From an uncultured Ruminococcus sp. (lineage in GTDB: Bacteria > Bacillota > Clostridia > Oscillospirales > CAG-272), in assembly GCA_964623635.1 (NCBI GenBank), contig CAZUUA010000005.1, positions 3,975 through 67,974 on the forward strand: a DNA stretch of 64,000 bases, in the 5' to 3' direction. The first letter of the stretch is position 1. Each line of letters opens with the position of its first letter. The notes beneath the pieces were generated by a model, which saw nothing but the letters and a program-made list of their open reading frames with translations, had not been told where the DNA came from and ran no database searches. Shown one piece after another: positions 19,812-30,928 of the stretch. The position numbers and the translations under genes were made by a program.

Positions 19812-20453
19812 TCAGTGGCAGACACTGGGAGATTTCAGTATATAGATCAGTTCGTTTCTGGCATCCAAGGTGTCTTTTCCAATGGGGTTTCCCTCTTCAA
19901 TGAGTCCACGGATGGTCATATCAAAGGAGAGCAGCAGGGTCCGGTGCAAAGCGTCCTGCTTTTCTTTGTCGGATCCTGCCTTTGCCATTTGTTCTGCAAA
20001 ATATTCTCGCAGCGTTACGCAGTCGGCAAAGGTGCGGGTATCCTCGATGTAGTCTGCCAGGTACACCAGGTATTCAAACAGCGTCATATTGGCGTGGCCA
20101 GTGGTGTGCCAGCGGACACCGTTTACCACAGCTTCGGTGGCGTAGGCTGGAAAGTCTCGCTGTACGATAGCAGCGGCGGTCATAGCGTGGAAGGTCTTGG
20201 GTGCATAGGTGTCCGTTTCCTGCACCGACAAGCCCAATGCTGCACAGTACTGCAACTGGGTGGCAAGCTCGTCCTTTTTGGTGATATCGTGAAGCAGTGC
20301 AGCCACACGCAGTTCTCGGATCATCTCCGGCAAGAACATCTGCCCCAGCTCGACAACCTTGGCTTCTACCGCCAGCGTGTGTCTGTAGCGCTTTTCAGTC
20401 AGTCTCGGTCGAACCAGTTCACGCAGCTCTTCTACCATTTCTTCTGTGATCAT
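19812..20453 (-). CDS. yqeK: HD-domain protein YqeK (bis(5-prime-nucleosyl)-tetraphosphatase family)
   Basis: RYRHTLAVE and LLHDITK HD motifs. Conserved nadD-yqeK synteny, with a 4-nt overlap with nadD. Confidence 0.8.
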   Translation of the reverse strand: MITEEMVEELRELVRPRLTEKRYRHTLAVEAKVVELGQMFLPEMIRELRVAALLHDITKKDELATQLQYCAALGLSVQETDTYAPKTFHAMTAAAIVQRDFPAYATEAVVNGVRWHTTGHANMTLFEYLVYLADYIEDTRTFADCVTLREYFAEQMAKAGSDKEKQDALHRTLLLSFDMTIRGLIEEGNPIGKDTLDARNELIYILKSPSVCH

Positions 20454-21064
20454 AGCGTATTTCCTTTGTATACATTTTCCCGACGCAGGATCGACTCGAC
20501 TTCCGGCGGCACCAGTGCGGTCAGAGGTTCTCCGGTCTGGATGGCTTCTCGAATTTGTGTGGAAGAAATTTCCAGCGGTGCATCCGGCAGCAGGATACAG
20601 GTGGCATCATGGACCTGTCGGTATCGTGCGGCGGTCTCCTCGATGGTCTTCTGCAGCTGCTCTGTCCGGGACACGCACACGATTTTTGCTAGTCGAAATA
20701 TCTCGTCCGCTTGGTACCACCGTTCCAGGGTCAGAAACATATCGGTGCCGCAGAGCAGATAGATCTCACGCGCCGGCTTTGTCAGGTGACGCAGGGTCTG
20801 CACCGTATAGCTCACGTCGCCTCGGTCGATCTCATAGGAAGAAACTGTCACACGTTCGATCGCATCGAAGGCAGCGTGGCACATTTCCAGCCGCAGTGCC
20901 GGTGTATCGCCTGCAGCCTGTACCTTATGCGGTGGCACGAAGGTAGGCATCACCAACAGTTCATCCACGGGAACGTGTGCCAGAAAGGCGTGAACGGCGT
21001 GGATATGTCCCCGATGCGGTGGAGCAAATGTACCGCCATACAGTCCGAGCTTTTCCATAGGCAC
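20450..21064 (-). CDS. nadD: Nicotinate-nucleotide adenylyltransferase
   Basis: GGTFAPPHRGHI (HxGH) motif. 204 aa. Confidence 0.9.
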   Translation of the reverse strand: MPMEKLGLYGGTFAPPHRGHIHAVHAFLAHVPVDELLVMPTFVPPHKVQAAGDTPALRLEMCHAAFDAIERVTVSSYEIDRGDVSYTVQTLRHLTKPAREIYLLCGTDMFLTLERWYQADEIFRLAKIVCVSRTEQLQKTIEETAARYRQVHDATCILLPDAPLEISSTQIREAIQTGEPLTALVPPEVESILRRENVYKGNTL

Positions 21065-21099
21065 TTGCCTCCTTTTCTTGACGTTTCTGTCGTCTGCGT

Positions 21100-21399
21100 T
21101 TACAGCTGTGCGGAGATCTTTTGGTGCTCCGGCTTTTCGGCTTTCTTATAGAGTACGATCTTGCGGCCGATCACGGCGACCACCTCAGAGGCTGTGGCTT
21201 CGGCGATCCGGTCGGCAAAGTCTCTGGCAGATTCGGCGGCGTTTTCCAGCACACTGATCTTGACCAGCTCTCTGGCTTCCAAGGCATCGGTCAGAGACTT
21301 GCACATGGCGTCACCAATACCACCTTTGCCGATCTGGAAAATGGCATCGGTCTGGGATGCGATGCTGCGCAGTTGGGCTCTTTGTTTGCTATTTAGCAT
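21100..21399 (-). CDS. yhbY: YhbY-like CRM-domain RNA-binding protein (ribosome assembly)
   Basis: LRSIASQTDAIFQIGKGGI...ELVKISV pattern. 99 aa. Confidence 0.8.
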   Translation of the reverse strand: MLNSKQRAQLRSIASQTDAIFQIGKGGIGDAMCKSLTDALEARELVKISVLENAAESARDFADRIAEATASEVVAVIGRKIVLYKKAEKPEHQKISAQL

Positions 21400-21405
21400 G
21401 ATATA

Positions 21406-22089
21406 TTATTCTCCTATTTTCATCTCTGTCAGCGCTTTTTTGAGAAGCTCCACGGCGTGTCCCCGGTGGCTGACGGCGTTCTTTTCGTCCTGGGTGATCT
21501 GGGCAAAGGTACGGTCCTCGTATGTGGGGCAACGGAACAGGTTGTCGTAGCCGAAGCCACCGTCGCCCTGTTCGGTATATCCGATGGTGCCACGGCATTC
21601 TCCACGGACGGACAACACGCACGCCGGCTCCACACCGTATTGGGCGGCCAGCGCCCGATCGATCCGATACGGTTCCGGTACAGTAAAGCCTAAGCTTTCC
21701 GGGAACACCACGGTAATCACACACACAAAGGCGGCACCTCGCTTGTCGTCCGGCACGTCTTTCAGGTTTTGCAGCAGCAGGGCCCGGTTGGCAGCATCGT
21801 CACCATGTTCCCCGGCGTAGCGTGCGGAGTAGATCCCCGGCGCACCGTCCAGTGCATCCACCGTCAAACCGGAGTCGTCGGCCATACCGATCTTTCCCAT
21901 ACCAGCAGGCACCAATGCTTTGATCAGAGAATTTTCCGCAAAGCTCGTGCCGTTCTCCTCTATATCCTCTGTATAACCGATCTCTCGTAAGGTATGTATT
22001 GCGCTATCTGACGAAAGAGAGGACAGGATTGTTCCAAATTCTGCAATTTTCTTCCTATTATTGGAAGCCAGCACAAATTCCAGCATCAT
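21406..22089 (-). CDS. rdgB: Non-canonical purine NTP pyrophosphatase (RdgB/HAM1 family)
   Basis: [13 protein letters not shown]-terminus and FGYDNLF near the C-terminus. Somewhat longer than typical at 227 aa. Confidence 0.8.
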   Translation of the reverse strand: MMLEFVLASNNRKKIAEFGTILSSLSSDSAIHTLREIGYTEDIEENGTSFAENSLIKALVPAGMGKIGMADDSGLTVDALDGAPGIYSARYAGEHGDDAANRALLLQNLKDVPDDKRGAAFVCVITVVFPESLGFTVPEPYRIDRALAAQYGVEPACVLSVRGECRGTIGYTEQGDGGFGYDNLFRCPTYEDRTFAQITQDEKNAVSHRGHAVELLKKALTEMKIGE

Positions 22090-23045
22090 TCTTCTCCATC
22101 TTCTGTTTCTTTTGCCAAACGGGTATCCTCAGCCAACAAGGCATCGGCAAACATTTGTGCATCGAATGGCTGCATATCGTCGATCTGTTCGCCTACGCCA
22201 ATGTACTTCACGGGAATGTCCACCTCTTCCTTAATGGAGAAAATGGCGCCGCCTTTGGCAGTTCCGTCCAGCTTGGTCAAAATCAGACCGGTGATATCCG
22301 CAGCTTCCTTGAATTTCTGTGCCTGCATCACGGCGTTCTGACCGGTAGTGGCATCCAGTACCAGCAGGGTTTCCCGGGACGCATCCGGCAGCTCTCTGGC
22401 AATGATGCGGTTGATCTTGGCCAGCTCATCCATGAGCCCCACCTTATTGTGCAGTCGTCCGGCGGTATCTACGATCAACACGTCGGCCTTCCGTTTGTTG
22501 GCAGCGGCGATGGCATCAAACACCACGGACGCCGGGTCGGAGCCTTCGCTTTGCTTCACCAGCTCCACACCGGCTCTGTCACACCACACGGCAAGCTGTT
22601 CGATGGCGGCGGCCCGGAAGGTATCGGCAGCGGCGACCACGACTGTCTTGCCTTCTTCCTTCAGGTGATGGGCGATCTTCCCGATGGAGGTGGTTTTCCC
22701 TACCCCATTGACGCCGATCACCAGAATCACAGACGGCGTGGTGTCCAGATGCAGCGGTTCTCCTTCGCCGACCATGTCACGCAGGATCTCTGCCAGTGCC
22801 ACCTTGACGTCATCGGCATCCTTGATCTTCTCCGATTTGATGCGATCCCGCAGCTCGTCCAGGATCCGTTCGGTGGTGGTCATGCCCATATCGGCACAGA
22901 TCATGATCTCTTCCAATTCTTCCAGCAGCTCCTCGTCCACCTTGCGGAAGGACTTGACCACTTCGTTGACCTGTCCGAACACGGCATTTTTGGTCTTTTC
23001 CAGTCCGGCCTTCAGTTTGTCAAAAAATCCCATATACTTCCTCAC
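22086..23045 (-). CDS. ftsY: Signal recognition particle receptor FtsY
   Basis: SRP GTPase motifs [18 protein letters not shown] and TKLDG. Confidence 0.95.
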   Translation of the reverse strand: MRKYMGFFDKLKAGLEKTKNAVFGQVNEVVKSFRKVDEELLEELEEIMICADMGMTTTERILDELRDRIKSEKIKDADDVKVALAEILRDMVGEGEPLHLDTTPSVILVIGVNGVGKTTSIGKIAHHLKEEGKTVVVAAADTFRAAAIEQLAVWCDRAGVELVKQSEGSDPASVVFDAIAAANKRKADVLIVDTAGRLHNKVGLMDELAKINRIIARELPDASRETLLVLDATTGQNAVMQAQKFKEAADITGLILTKLDGTAKGGAIFSIKEEVDIPVKYIGVGEQIDDMQPFDAQMFADALLAEDTRLAKETEDGEE

Positions 23046-23049
23046 TTTG

Positions 23050-26000
23050 TTATTGTAATAATGCTTCTTTGTCCATCGTCAGATCCACCGTCGTCACCTT
23101 GGACACACCCGGCTGGGGCATGGTCACGCCGTATAGAGTGTCGGCGATCTCCATGGTGCCACGGCGGTGGGAGATCATGATGATCTGCATTTCGCTGGTG
23201 TATTTCTTCACGTACCGTCCCACTCGTGCCACATTGGTCTCGTCCAGTGCCGCTTCGATCTCGTCAAAGATACAGAACGGGGACGGGTTGACCTTGATGA
23301 GCGCAAACAGCAAGGCGATAGCGATGAAGGCCTGTTCCCCACCGGACAGCAGGTTCAGATTCTTGATGGTCTTGCCCGGCGGTGCTGCGTTGATGTCGAT
23401 GCCACAGGTCAGGGGATTCTCCGGATCGGTCAGCACCACTTCTGCATTGCCGCCGCCAAACAGCTCCCGGAACACCTGCCCAAAATAGGTATTGATCTTG
23501 GCAAAGGCCGCAAGGAAGATCTCACGCATCTCCTGCTCGATACCGGACAAGATCTTCTCCAGCTCCTCCTTGGCACGGTTCAGGTCGTCCATTTGCGCCT
23601 TGATATAATCGTACCGAGTCTTGACCTCGGTGTACTCCTGGATGGCGTCCACGTTCACGTGCCCCAGAGACCGCAGCTCGATCTTCAGGGTATTTTGCTT
23701 GGCAAGGGCAGCCGTGCGTTCATCCTTCCCGATCGGTACCAGTTCCGCTTCCTGCATCCAGGTTTGGGCTGTGGCATAGGTCAGCTCGTATTCATCCCAC
23801 AGCTTTGCCGTCATTTTGTCGTACTCCGCCTGCAGGTTTGTCAGCTTTGTTTCGTTTTTGTTGTGGGACACCGACACGATCTCGATGGTGCTGCTTTGCC
23901 CTTTCAGCTTGGCCTGCAGCTCTGCCATTTCCTTATCCATTGCGTCCCCGGAGACCAGCAGCGCCTGCTTCTTTTCCTGCAGTGCAGCAAGGCTGTCTGC
24001 CAATGCCGTCTGTGCTTCTGTTTTTTCGGCGATCCGCATATCTAAAGCTTGGATCTCCTCTTGATAGGTCTGGATGTGGGTCCGGCTTTTTTGGAGGTTT
24101 TCCCGGATCGTGTCCAGACGGGCCTGTCCATCGGATAGCAGGTTTTCCCCGTTTTCCTTGTCCCGTGCCAGTGTAGCCAGCTGGATCCGACATTCCTGCC
24201 AGCGATCCTGCCAGCTCTCCAGCGTATCCTCCATGTCATGTATGGTCAGGGCAAGTGCTTCTCGTTTTGCCACGATGGCGGCGATCTCTCCTTCGATGAC
24301 GGCGATTCGCTCTGTCAATGCGGCCAGATCGACGGCACTTTGCTTTTCGTTTTCGGCAAGCTCTTGTTGGTCCCGCAGCAGATTGGCAATGAGTCCCGTG
24401 ATGAATTCTTTTTTCGCCTGGTTCTCGTTGCGACAGGACTGCTCCGCTTGCAAAAGTGTTTGTAGCATGGAACGTTTTTCTTTGTCGTTTTTCTCCAGTG
24501 TCGCCGATGCTTCTGCTTTCTTTTGCAGCTCTGTTAGCGCAGCCTTGCCCTTCGTTAAACTGGCGTCCAGCTTGGTCAGTTCCCCTTCCAGCTGGTCGAT
24601 CTGGGTCGAACGGGTCAAAATGCCGCTTTCCCTTTTCGACTGTCCACCGGTAAAGGAACCGCCGGCGTTGATGATCTGTCCGTCCAATGTGACCGCACGG
24701 ATCCGCCAATTCTTGCGTCTTGCCATATCGGTAGCATGATCCAGCGTATCGAACACAGCCGTGCGAGCCAGCTGGGAACGGATGATGTTGCGGTATCGGT
24801 CGTCGCATTCCACCAGCGCATCGGCATAACCAATGAAGCCGGCACCATACTCGACACCATCAAATTCCCTGCCACGCTCCATAGGACGGATGGTGGTGAT
24901 GGGGTAAAACGTGGCTCGTCCGGCGCCGTTTTGCTTTAGGGCAGCGATGGCAGCCTTGGCGGCGTTTTCGTCTTCGGTGATGATGTTCTGCAGCGCACTG
25001 CCCAAAGCGGTCTCGATGGCGATCACATAGTCCGGCTGCACCTTGATCAGGTAAGATACCGGTCCGTGGATGCCTTGCAGTCTGCCACTTGCCGCCTGGT
25101 TCATGACAAATTTGATACTGGTATTGTAGCCATCGAAATGTTCCTGCATACGCTTCATGGCACCCATGCGGCTGACAAGTCCTTCTCGTTGCCCCGACAA
25201 GGCATTGAGCTGGTTCTGCAGGTTCTGTATGCTCTGCGCCATCTGTGCAGCCGTGGCATCCGATTCTGCCAAAGTCACTGTCAGAGCTTCCAGTTCCCGC
25301 TGGTAGGCAACGATAGTCTCGTCACAGGCAGCGATGGTGTGGTCGTATGCGGCTTCTTCCTTTTGGTATTTGGCGATCTCGTCACCAATGTCCTTTTGGC
25401 GTTCTGTGCGACCGGATGCGGTTTGCTCCAGCACATTGCGCCGCACCAGCAGATCCGTCCGTGTAGCTTCCCTTTGCTTTTGCGAAACCAGCAGTGCTTC
25501 GGAGGTTTCGGTGGCAGTATGACGATCGGCGGTACAACGCTCTACGGCTGTTCTGGCCGCTTCTGCATCCTCCTCGGCAGACCGATAGGCTTTCTCGATC
25601 TCGGACGTTTGCTTATGCAGTTCTTCCAGCCGGGACAGCGCTGCTTGTTCCTCCACCTTTGCCGCTTCCACAGCCAATGTTTCCAGTTGGATCTGGTCGG
25701 TCTTGTGCTTTTTTTCGGTGATCGCCACCTGCACTTCCCCTTCCAATTCTGCTTTTTGTTGGCTGGCTATGCTGTAGGATTCGTGGGTATGTTGAGATGC
25801 TTCCTTGTTGGCACGGGACTGCTCGTACAACCGGTCGATGCGATCCTCGGTCTGTTTCCGGGAATCCTCTGCCATCTCCAATTCGTGGGCTGACATTTTT
25901 ACGTCCCGTTCGGCCTTCTGAATGTTGTCCGTGTACACATCGGCATCGTACAGCCACAGTGCCACATCGGTGGATTTTTTCTGTTCGTACAGCTCCAGGT

Positions 26001-26649
26001 ATTTTCTTGCCTTGGCAGCGTCTCGTTCCAGAGGACCTATCCGGGCAGCCAGCTCACCTTCAATGTCCGCCACACGTTCCATATTGACGTTGGTCTCTGC
26101 AAGCTTTTTCTCCGACTCCACTTTGCGGTAGCGGTATTTGCTGATCCCGGCGCTTTCTTCAAAGGCAGACCGGCGTTCTTCGCTTTTCTTGGAGATGATC
26201 TCGGCGATCTTGCCTTGTCCGATGATGGAGTAGCCTTCCCGGCCGATACCGGTATTCATGAACAGCTCATAAATGTCCTTCAGTCTCGCTCGTTTGCGAT
26301 TGATGAAATATTCGCTGTCTCCGGAACGATAATACCGCCGGGTCACGGTGATCTCGTCGTAGCCGGCATTCAGGACTTTAGGTTCCTTGCTGTCGTCAAA
26401 GGTCACGGAGACCTCGGCAAAGCTCATGGGCTTCTTCCCATCGGCACCGGCAAATACAACGTCTTCCATTTTGCTGCCCCGGATGTTCTTGGTGGAAAGC
26501 TCCCCAAGCACCCAGCGCATGGCATCCGTGATGTTGGATTTGCCGCTGCCATTGGGTCCGACGATGACCGTTGCGCCATCGTGAAACTGCAATATTGTTT
26601 TTTCCGGGAACGATTTGAATCCATGTAGTTCCAGTGATTGTAGATACAA
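23050..26649 (-). CDS. smc: Chromosome partition protein Smc
   Basis: Walker A GPNGSGKSN, long coiled coils, a hinge, the C-terminal signature LSGGEQA, and Walker B CIFDEIEAALD. 1199 aa. Confidence 0.95.
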   Translation of the reverse strand: MYLQSLELHGFKSFPEKTILQFHDGATVIVGPNGSGKSNITDAMRWVLGELSTKNIRGSKMEDVVFAGADGKKPMSFAEVSVTFDDSKEPKVLNAGYDEITVTRRYYRSGDSEYFINRKRARLKDIYELFMNTGIGREGYSIIGQGKIAEIISKKSEERRSAFEESAGISKYRYRKVESEKKLAETNVNMERVADIEGELAARIGPLERDAAKARKYLELYEQKKSTDVALWLYDADVYTDNIQKAERDVKMSAHELEMAEDSRKQTEDRIDRLYEQSRANKEASQHTHESYSIASQQKAELEGEVQVAITEKKHKTDQIQLETLAVEAAKVEEQAALSRLEELHKQTSEIEKAYRSAEEDAEAARTAVERCTADRHTATETSEALLVSQKQREATRTDLLVRRNVLEQTASGRTERQKDIGDEIAKYQKEEAAYDHTIAACDETIVAYQRELEALTVTLAESDATAAQMAQSIQNLQNQLNALSGQREGLVSRMGAMKRMQEHFDGYNTSIKFVMNQAASGRLQGIHGPVSYLIKVQPDYVIAIETALGSALQNIITEDENAAKAAIAALKQNGAGRATFYPITTIRPMERGREFDGVEYGAGFIGYADALVECDDRYRNIIRSQLARTAVFDTLDHATDMARRKNWRIRAVTLDGQIINAGGSFTGGQSKRESGILTRSTQIDQLEGELTKLDASLTKGKAALTELQKKAEASATLEKNDKEKRSMLQTLLQAEQSCRNENQAKKEFITGLIANLLRDQQELAENEKQSAVDLAALTERIAVIEGEIAAIVAKREALALTIHDMEDTLESWQDRWQECRIQLATLARDKENGENLLSDGQARLDTIRENLQKSRTHIQTYQEEIQALDMRIAEKTEAQTALADSLAALQEKKQALLVSGDAMDKEMAELQAKLKGQSSTIEIVSVSHNKNETKLTNLQAEYDKMTAKLWDEYELTYATAQTWMQEAELVPIGKDERTAALAKQNTLKIELRSLGHVNVDAIQEYTEVKTRYDYIKAQMDDLNRAKEELEKILSGIEQEMREIFLAAFAKINTYFGQVFRELFGGGNAEVVLTDPENPLTCGIDINAAPPGKTIKNLNLLSGGEQAFIAIALLFALIKVNPSPFCIFDEIEAALDETNVARVGRYVKKYTSEMQIIMISHRRGTMEIADTLYGVTMPQPGVSKVTTVDLTMDKEALLQ

Positions 26650-26652
26650 CCG

Positions 26653-27726
26653 TCACGCCTCCTTTCCCTGTGCGTTTGCTGTGTCCCTGTGCTCCCTTCT
26701 CTGTGGAAACGCTGCTTGGCAACCCACGCTGTACCGTATTTGCGCTGGGGTCTCTTGGAATTTGCGCAGCCGTACCGGATAGTTTTCCTCGATCCAGCGC
26801 ACGTTCTCCCGTTTTTGTCCGACAACGGCAGAGACTTCTCCAACAGGCACCCGGATCAGCAGGTCTTTTTCGGTCGATTTCTGTTGCCAGTCGAGCACCG
26901 CTTCCTGCAGGGCATTGCGATACAGCCGACTGTGTACCAGCTCACCCATAGCCGGATGCACCGGACCGGCCAGACAAGATGCCGGATCGTGCAGGCTTTC
27001 GCTGTCGCACAGACCGATCCGCAGACAATCCACACCGGCTTTCACAAATACCTGCAGCACGGCGGCACTGCGTTCTACGGCCTCTTCCGCGGTCAACGGT
27101 GTGTATATGCCCGATGTTGTCCAGGCGGCAAGCGCCGTGTGGTGCAGCACGATGGTGGGATAGATCCGGCACGCCACGGCGCCCATTTGGCAGATCTCCC
27201 GGGCACAGGCCAGTTCCGTTTCCAGCGCGGCACCGGGCAGACCGATCATCATTTGTCCAACCCAGGGGATCCCGGCTTCCTTCAGCAGTGCACAGGCCGC
27301 TCTGGTCTGCGATGCCGTATGCCCTCGTTTGCACATTTGGAGCACTCTGTCATCCATGCTCTGGATGCCCAACTCCACAGCGGAGATCGTGTACTGCGAC
27401 AGGATCGATAGAATCTCCGGATCGATATAGTCCGGTCTGGTGGACATACGGATGCCATCTACGCTGCCGCTTGCCACATAACTTTGTGCCAGGTCCAACA
27501 GGTCGGTCATCAGCTTCCGATCGATGCCGGTGAAGGAACCGCCGAAAAAGGCGATTTCACAGGGTGTATCTGCCGGAATGGTGGACAGCACCGTTTCGAT
27601 CTCGTCCCTTGCCTTCTCACGAAGAAAAGAACAAGTGCCCGATATGGTGTGCTGGTCACAAAACACACACTGATTCGGGCAGCCCATATGGGGAATAAAC
27701 AGGGGTATATTGATATGCTTTTTCAT
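26653..27726 (-). CDS. Radical SAM protein (ELP3/MiaB/NifB-like superfamily), function unknown
   Basis: CxxxCxxC cluster motif CPNQCVFC at residues 16-23. Sits between rnc and smc. Confidence 0.75.
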   Translation of the reverse strand: MKKHINIPLFIPHMGCPNQCVFCDQHTISGTCSFLREKARDEIETVLSTIPADTPCEIAFFGGSFTGIDRKLMTDLLDLAQSYVASGSVDGIRMSTRPDYIDPEILSILSQYTISAVELGIQSMDDRVLQMCKRGHTASQTRAACALLKEAGIPWVGQMMIGLPGAALETELACAREICQMGAVACRIYPTIVLHHTALAAWTTSGIYTPLTAEEAVERSAAVLQVFVKAGVDCLRIGLCDSESLHDPASCLAGPVHPAMGELVHSRLYRNALQEAVLDWQQKSTEKDLLIRVPVGEVSAVVGQKRENVRWIEENYPVRLRKFQETPAQIRYSVGCQAAFPQRREHRDTANAQGKEA

Positions 27727-27732
27727 TCGGTT

Positions 27733-28491
27733 TTACGGCTGTTCGCCAAACAAAACCAATGCTTCCTTGGCGGCGTTCTGTTCGGCTTCTCGCTTGGAGT
27801 GGGCACAGCCTTTGCCGATCACATTGCTATTGAGTCGGGCTTCTACGGTGAAGATCTTGTCGTGATCCGGACCTGCTTCACCCACCAGAATGTATTCCAG
27901 CCGCTCGCCTTCTACCTGCTGTACGATCTGCTGCAGTGTGGTTTTGTAATCCACGAACACGCTGTTGTTTCGCAGCACGTGCAGTTCTTCTTCGATAAAA
28001 GGCATCAGGAAGGTGCGCACCGGTTCGAAGTTTTCGCCGGCGTCCATGTAGATGGCAGCCAGCAGTGCTTCAAAGCAGTCTGCCAGAATGGAGGGACGAT
28101 TGCGGCCGTTGTTCATGGATTCGCCGTGTCCCATGTGCATATACAGTCCCAGCCGGATCTTTTGGGCAAAACGGGACAGCGCCTTTTCGCAGACCACTGC
28201 CGCACGGATCTTGGTCAGCTCTCCTTCCTGGATGTCTCTGTAGGACTCGAACAGGTAACTGCTGACCAGGATCGAAAGCACGGAGTCACCCAGAAATTCC
28301 AAGCGTTCGTTGTAGGGCAGCTTGACGCCTTTGGTGCGTTTTTCGTTGGAATACGAGGAATGGGTCAGAGCCTCACGCAAAATATCTTTGTTTTGAAATG
28401 TGTAGCCGATCGCCTTTTCCAGTCCTTCACTGGGCAGTGCTTCCTGAAAAGGCTTGGCCGTGGATGTATGTTGATTTTTGCTCTCGCTCAT
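27733..28491 (-). CDS. rnc: Ribonuclease III
   Basis: RNase III signature ERLEFLGDSVL and a C-terminal dsRBD ending KREAEQNAAKEAL. Confidence 0.95.
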   Translation of the reverse strand: MSESKNQHTSTAKPFQEALPSEGLEKAIGYTFQNKDILREALTHSSYSNEKRTKGVKLPYNERLEFLGDSVLSILVSSYLFESYRDIQEGELTKIRAAVVCEKALSRFAQKIRLGLYMHMGHGESMNNGRNRPSILADCFEALLAAIYMDAGENFEPVRTFLMPFIEEELHVLRNNSVFVDYKTTLQQIVQQVEGERLEYILVGEAGPDHDKIFTVEARLNSNVIGKGCAHSKREAEQNAAKEALVLFGEQP

Positions 28492-29555
28492 TGGGGGTCT
28501 CCTTTTGGCGCAGTCGGTTGGTCTGCGGTTTGCGATTTGCCTTCCGCATTGTTTCGGAGCACAGATCGATCGTATTTTTTCATTTGTTCTTCCATTTTGC
28601 CGATGACACCGGTGGAGATAAAGGCTTCGGCCTGGCGCACGGCATTGCGAATGGCTCTTGCGTCGGAGCTGCCATGGGCCTTGATCACCGGTTTTTGCAG
28701 ACCAAGCAGCGGTGCGCCGCCGTATTCAGATGCGTCAAAGGAACGCTTCAATCCACGAAGCTGATCCTTCATGGCCAGATAGGACAGCTTGGTCACCATG
28801 TTCTGGGTATACAGCTCCTTCAGCTGCCCAAAGAAGAACTTGGTCATGCCTTCCAACATTTTCAGCGTGATGTTGCCGGTAAAGCCATCGGTCACCAATA
28901 CGTCGCACAAACCGGCGGCAATATCTTTACCTTCGATATTGCCGTGGAAATGCACCGCTTCGTTGGTCTTCAGCTTCTGGTAGGCATTGACCTGGATCGG
29001 TGTACCCTTGCACTCCTCGGTACCGTTGTTCAAGAGTCCCACCACAGGATCCTGCACCTGCATGACGTGCTGCATATACAAAGAGCCTAATATCGCCCAC
29101 TGCTCCAGATAATCGGCAGTGACGGTCACGTTGGCACCGCAGTCCAGCAGCAGGCAGGGACGTTCAAAAGGTAGCAGTGTGGTGATGGCAGAACGCTGCA
29201 GTCCTTTCACCGGTCGAATGATCAGAGAGGAACCGGCGTGCAGGGCACCGGTATTGCCAGCCGAAATAAACGCATCGCCATCCTCCTTCAGCAGTCGTAG
29301 CCCTACGCCCATAGAACAATTCTTTTTGGCACGCAGGATAGACAGGGGATCGTCTTCCATGGAGATAGTCTCCTCGGTATGGACGATCTCAAACAGTCGG
29401 CTGTTGGTCTGGCATTCCTGCAGGCAAGCTTCGATCTTTGCCTGATCTCCTACCAGCACCAGCTTGGATTCGGTATGGGCGGCGGCTTCCACAGCACCCC
29501 GGACGATCTCACCCGGTGCGTTGTCACCACCCATGGCATCTATAATGATCTTCAT
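28488..29555 (-). CDS. plsX: Phosphate acyltransferase PlsX
   Basis: [15 protein letters not shown]-terminus. I refined the start to ATG 29555. The 70-codon upstream extension in the ORF track lies inside trmFO. Confidence 0.9.
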   Translation of the reverse strand: MKIIIDAMGGDNAPGEIVRGAVEAAAHTESKLVLVGDQAKIEACLQECQTNSRLFEIVHTEETISMEDDPLSILRAKKNCSMGVGLRLLKEDGDAFISAGNTGALHAGSSLIIRPVKGLQRSAITTLLPFERPCLLLDCGANVTVTADYLEQWAILGSLYMQHVMQVQDPVVGLLNNGTEECKGTPIQVNAYQKLKTNEAVHFHGNIEGKDIAAGLCDVLVTDGFTGNITLKMLEGMTKFFFGQLKELYTQNMVTKLSYLAMKDQLRGLKRSFDASEYGGAPLLGLQKPVIKAHGSSDARAIRNAVRQAEAFISTGVIGKMEEQMKKYDRSVLRNNAEGKSQTADQPTAPKGDPQ

Positions 29556-30928
29556 GACAGTTCCACTCCTTTCTCTTCCTTTTGATCCATTTGCCATTCG
29601 TGCAGCTGCTCGGCCACCCCATCGATGGTTTGAAGAGCACGCTGGGCAAGGGCTTCGTTGCGGGCTCGTTTGCCGCCTTTTACCTTTTTGGCAAGCTGGG
29701 GCACGATGCCGAAGTTGGCGTTCATAGGCTGGAACAGGGTCTGTTCGCCGTGGGAAATGTACCACGCCATGGCGCCAATCATGGTCTCCTCCGGGAACAG
29801 GAACGCTTCCCTTTCCTTGGCTCGCAGTGCCGCATTGACGCCAGCCACAAACCCGGATGCGGCCGATTCAATGTAGCCTTCCACACCGGTCATTTGTCCG
29901 GCGAAGTAGGTATTGTGGTTGGTACGCATCGAATAGTCGCCGTCCAGCAGATCCGGAGAGCACAGGAAGGTATTGCGGTGCATGACGCCATACCGCAAAA
30001 ATTCGGCGTTTTCCAGACCGGGGATCATATGGAACACTCTCCGCTGCTCCGGCCAGGTCAGGTGGGTCTGGAACCCAACGATATTGAACATGGAGCCACG
30101 CTGGTTTTCCCGGCGCAGCTGGACAATGGCATAGAATTCTTCGCCCGTCTCCGGATGTCGGATGCCCACCGGTTTCATGGGACCATAGCGCAGGGTATCC
30201 TCACCACGTCTTGCCATGACCTCCACCGGCATACAGCCTTCGAACACCGTCAGCTTTTCGCCTTCTTCGAAATCGTGGAGCTTGGCTTCCTCGGCAGACA
30301 GCAGTGCAGCATAAAATGCTTTGTATTCGGCTTCGGTCATGGGGCAATTGATGTAGTCCGGGTCGCCTTTGTCGTAACGGGTCGCCCAGAAAGCCTTGGT
30401 CATATCGATGGAATCGTAGTCCACGATGGGTGCAGCTGCATCAAAGAAGGACAGGCTTTTCCCACCGATCTTCTCCTGGATCGCCGCTGCCAGACCTTCG
30501 GAGGTCAGGGGACCCGTTGCCACCACGGTGATGTCGTCTTCCGGGATGTCGGTCATTTCTTCTTCGATGACGGTGATATTCGGATGAGAGCGTATCTTCT
30601 CGGTGATATAGCCGGAGAACTGCTCTCTGTCCACGGCCACCGCACCACCGGCCGATACCGCTGCCACACTGCAGGCCTCCATGATCAAAGAGCCCAGTCG
30701 GCGCATTTCTTCCTTCAGCAGACCAGCCGCATTGGTGATCTCCCCGGACCGGAGAGAATTGGAGCAGACCAGCTCCGCAAAGGTATCCGCATGGTGTGCC
30801 GGGGACTTTTTCTTTGGTTTCATTTCGTACAGTTGTACCTGCACACCCAGTTTCGCTGCCTGCCACGCCGCTTCACATCCGGCAAGGCCTGCACCGTAAA
30901 TCTTGATCTCTGCCATATTCTGCTCCAT
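29552..30928 (-). CDS. trmFO: Methylenetetrahydrofolate--tRNA-(uracil-5-)-methyltransferase TrmFO
   Basis: FAD fold [14 protein letters not shown] with Gid/TrmFO-like sequence throughout. The start may instead be the second ATG at 30916. Confidence 0.9.
   Translation of the reverse strand: MEQNMAEIKIYGAGLAGCEAAWQAAKLGVQVQLYEMKPKKKSPAHHADTFAELVCSNSLRSGEITNAAGLLKEEMRRLGSLIMEACSVAAVSAGGAVAVDREQFSGYITEKIRSHPNITVIEEEMTDIPEDDITVVATGPLTSEGLAAAIQEKIGGKSLSFFDAAAPIVDYDSIDMTKAFWATRYDKGDPDYINCPMTEAEYKAFYAALLSAEEAKLHDFEEGEKLTVFEGCMPVEVMARRGEDTLRYGPMKPVGIRHPETGEEFYAIVQLRRENQRGSMFNIVGFQTHLTWPEQRRVFHMIPGLENAEFLRYGVMHRNTFLCSPDLLDGDYSMRTNHNTYFAGQMTGVEGYIESAASGFVAGVNAALRAKEREAFLFPEETMIGAMAWYISHGEQTLFQPMNANFGIVPQLAKKVKGGKRARNEALAQRALQTIDGVAEQLHEWQMDQKEEKGVELS

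Noticed and set aside
29556-29765. A 70-codon N-terminal extension of plsX in the ORF track
   Set aside because: The extension is Arg/Pro-rich, lies inside the trmFO coding region in another frame, and precedes the canonical [14 protein letters not shown] start, which overlaps the trmFO stop as ATGA.
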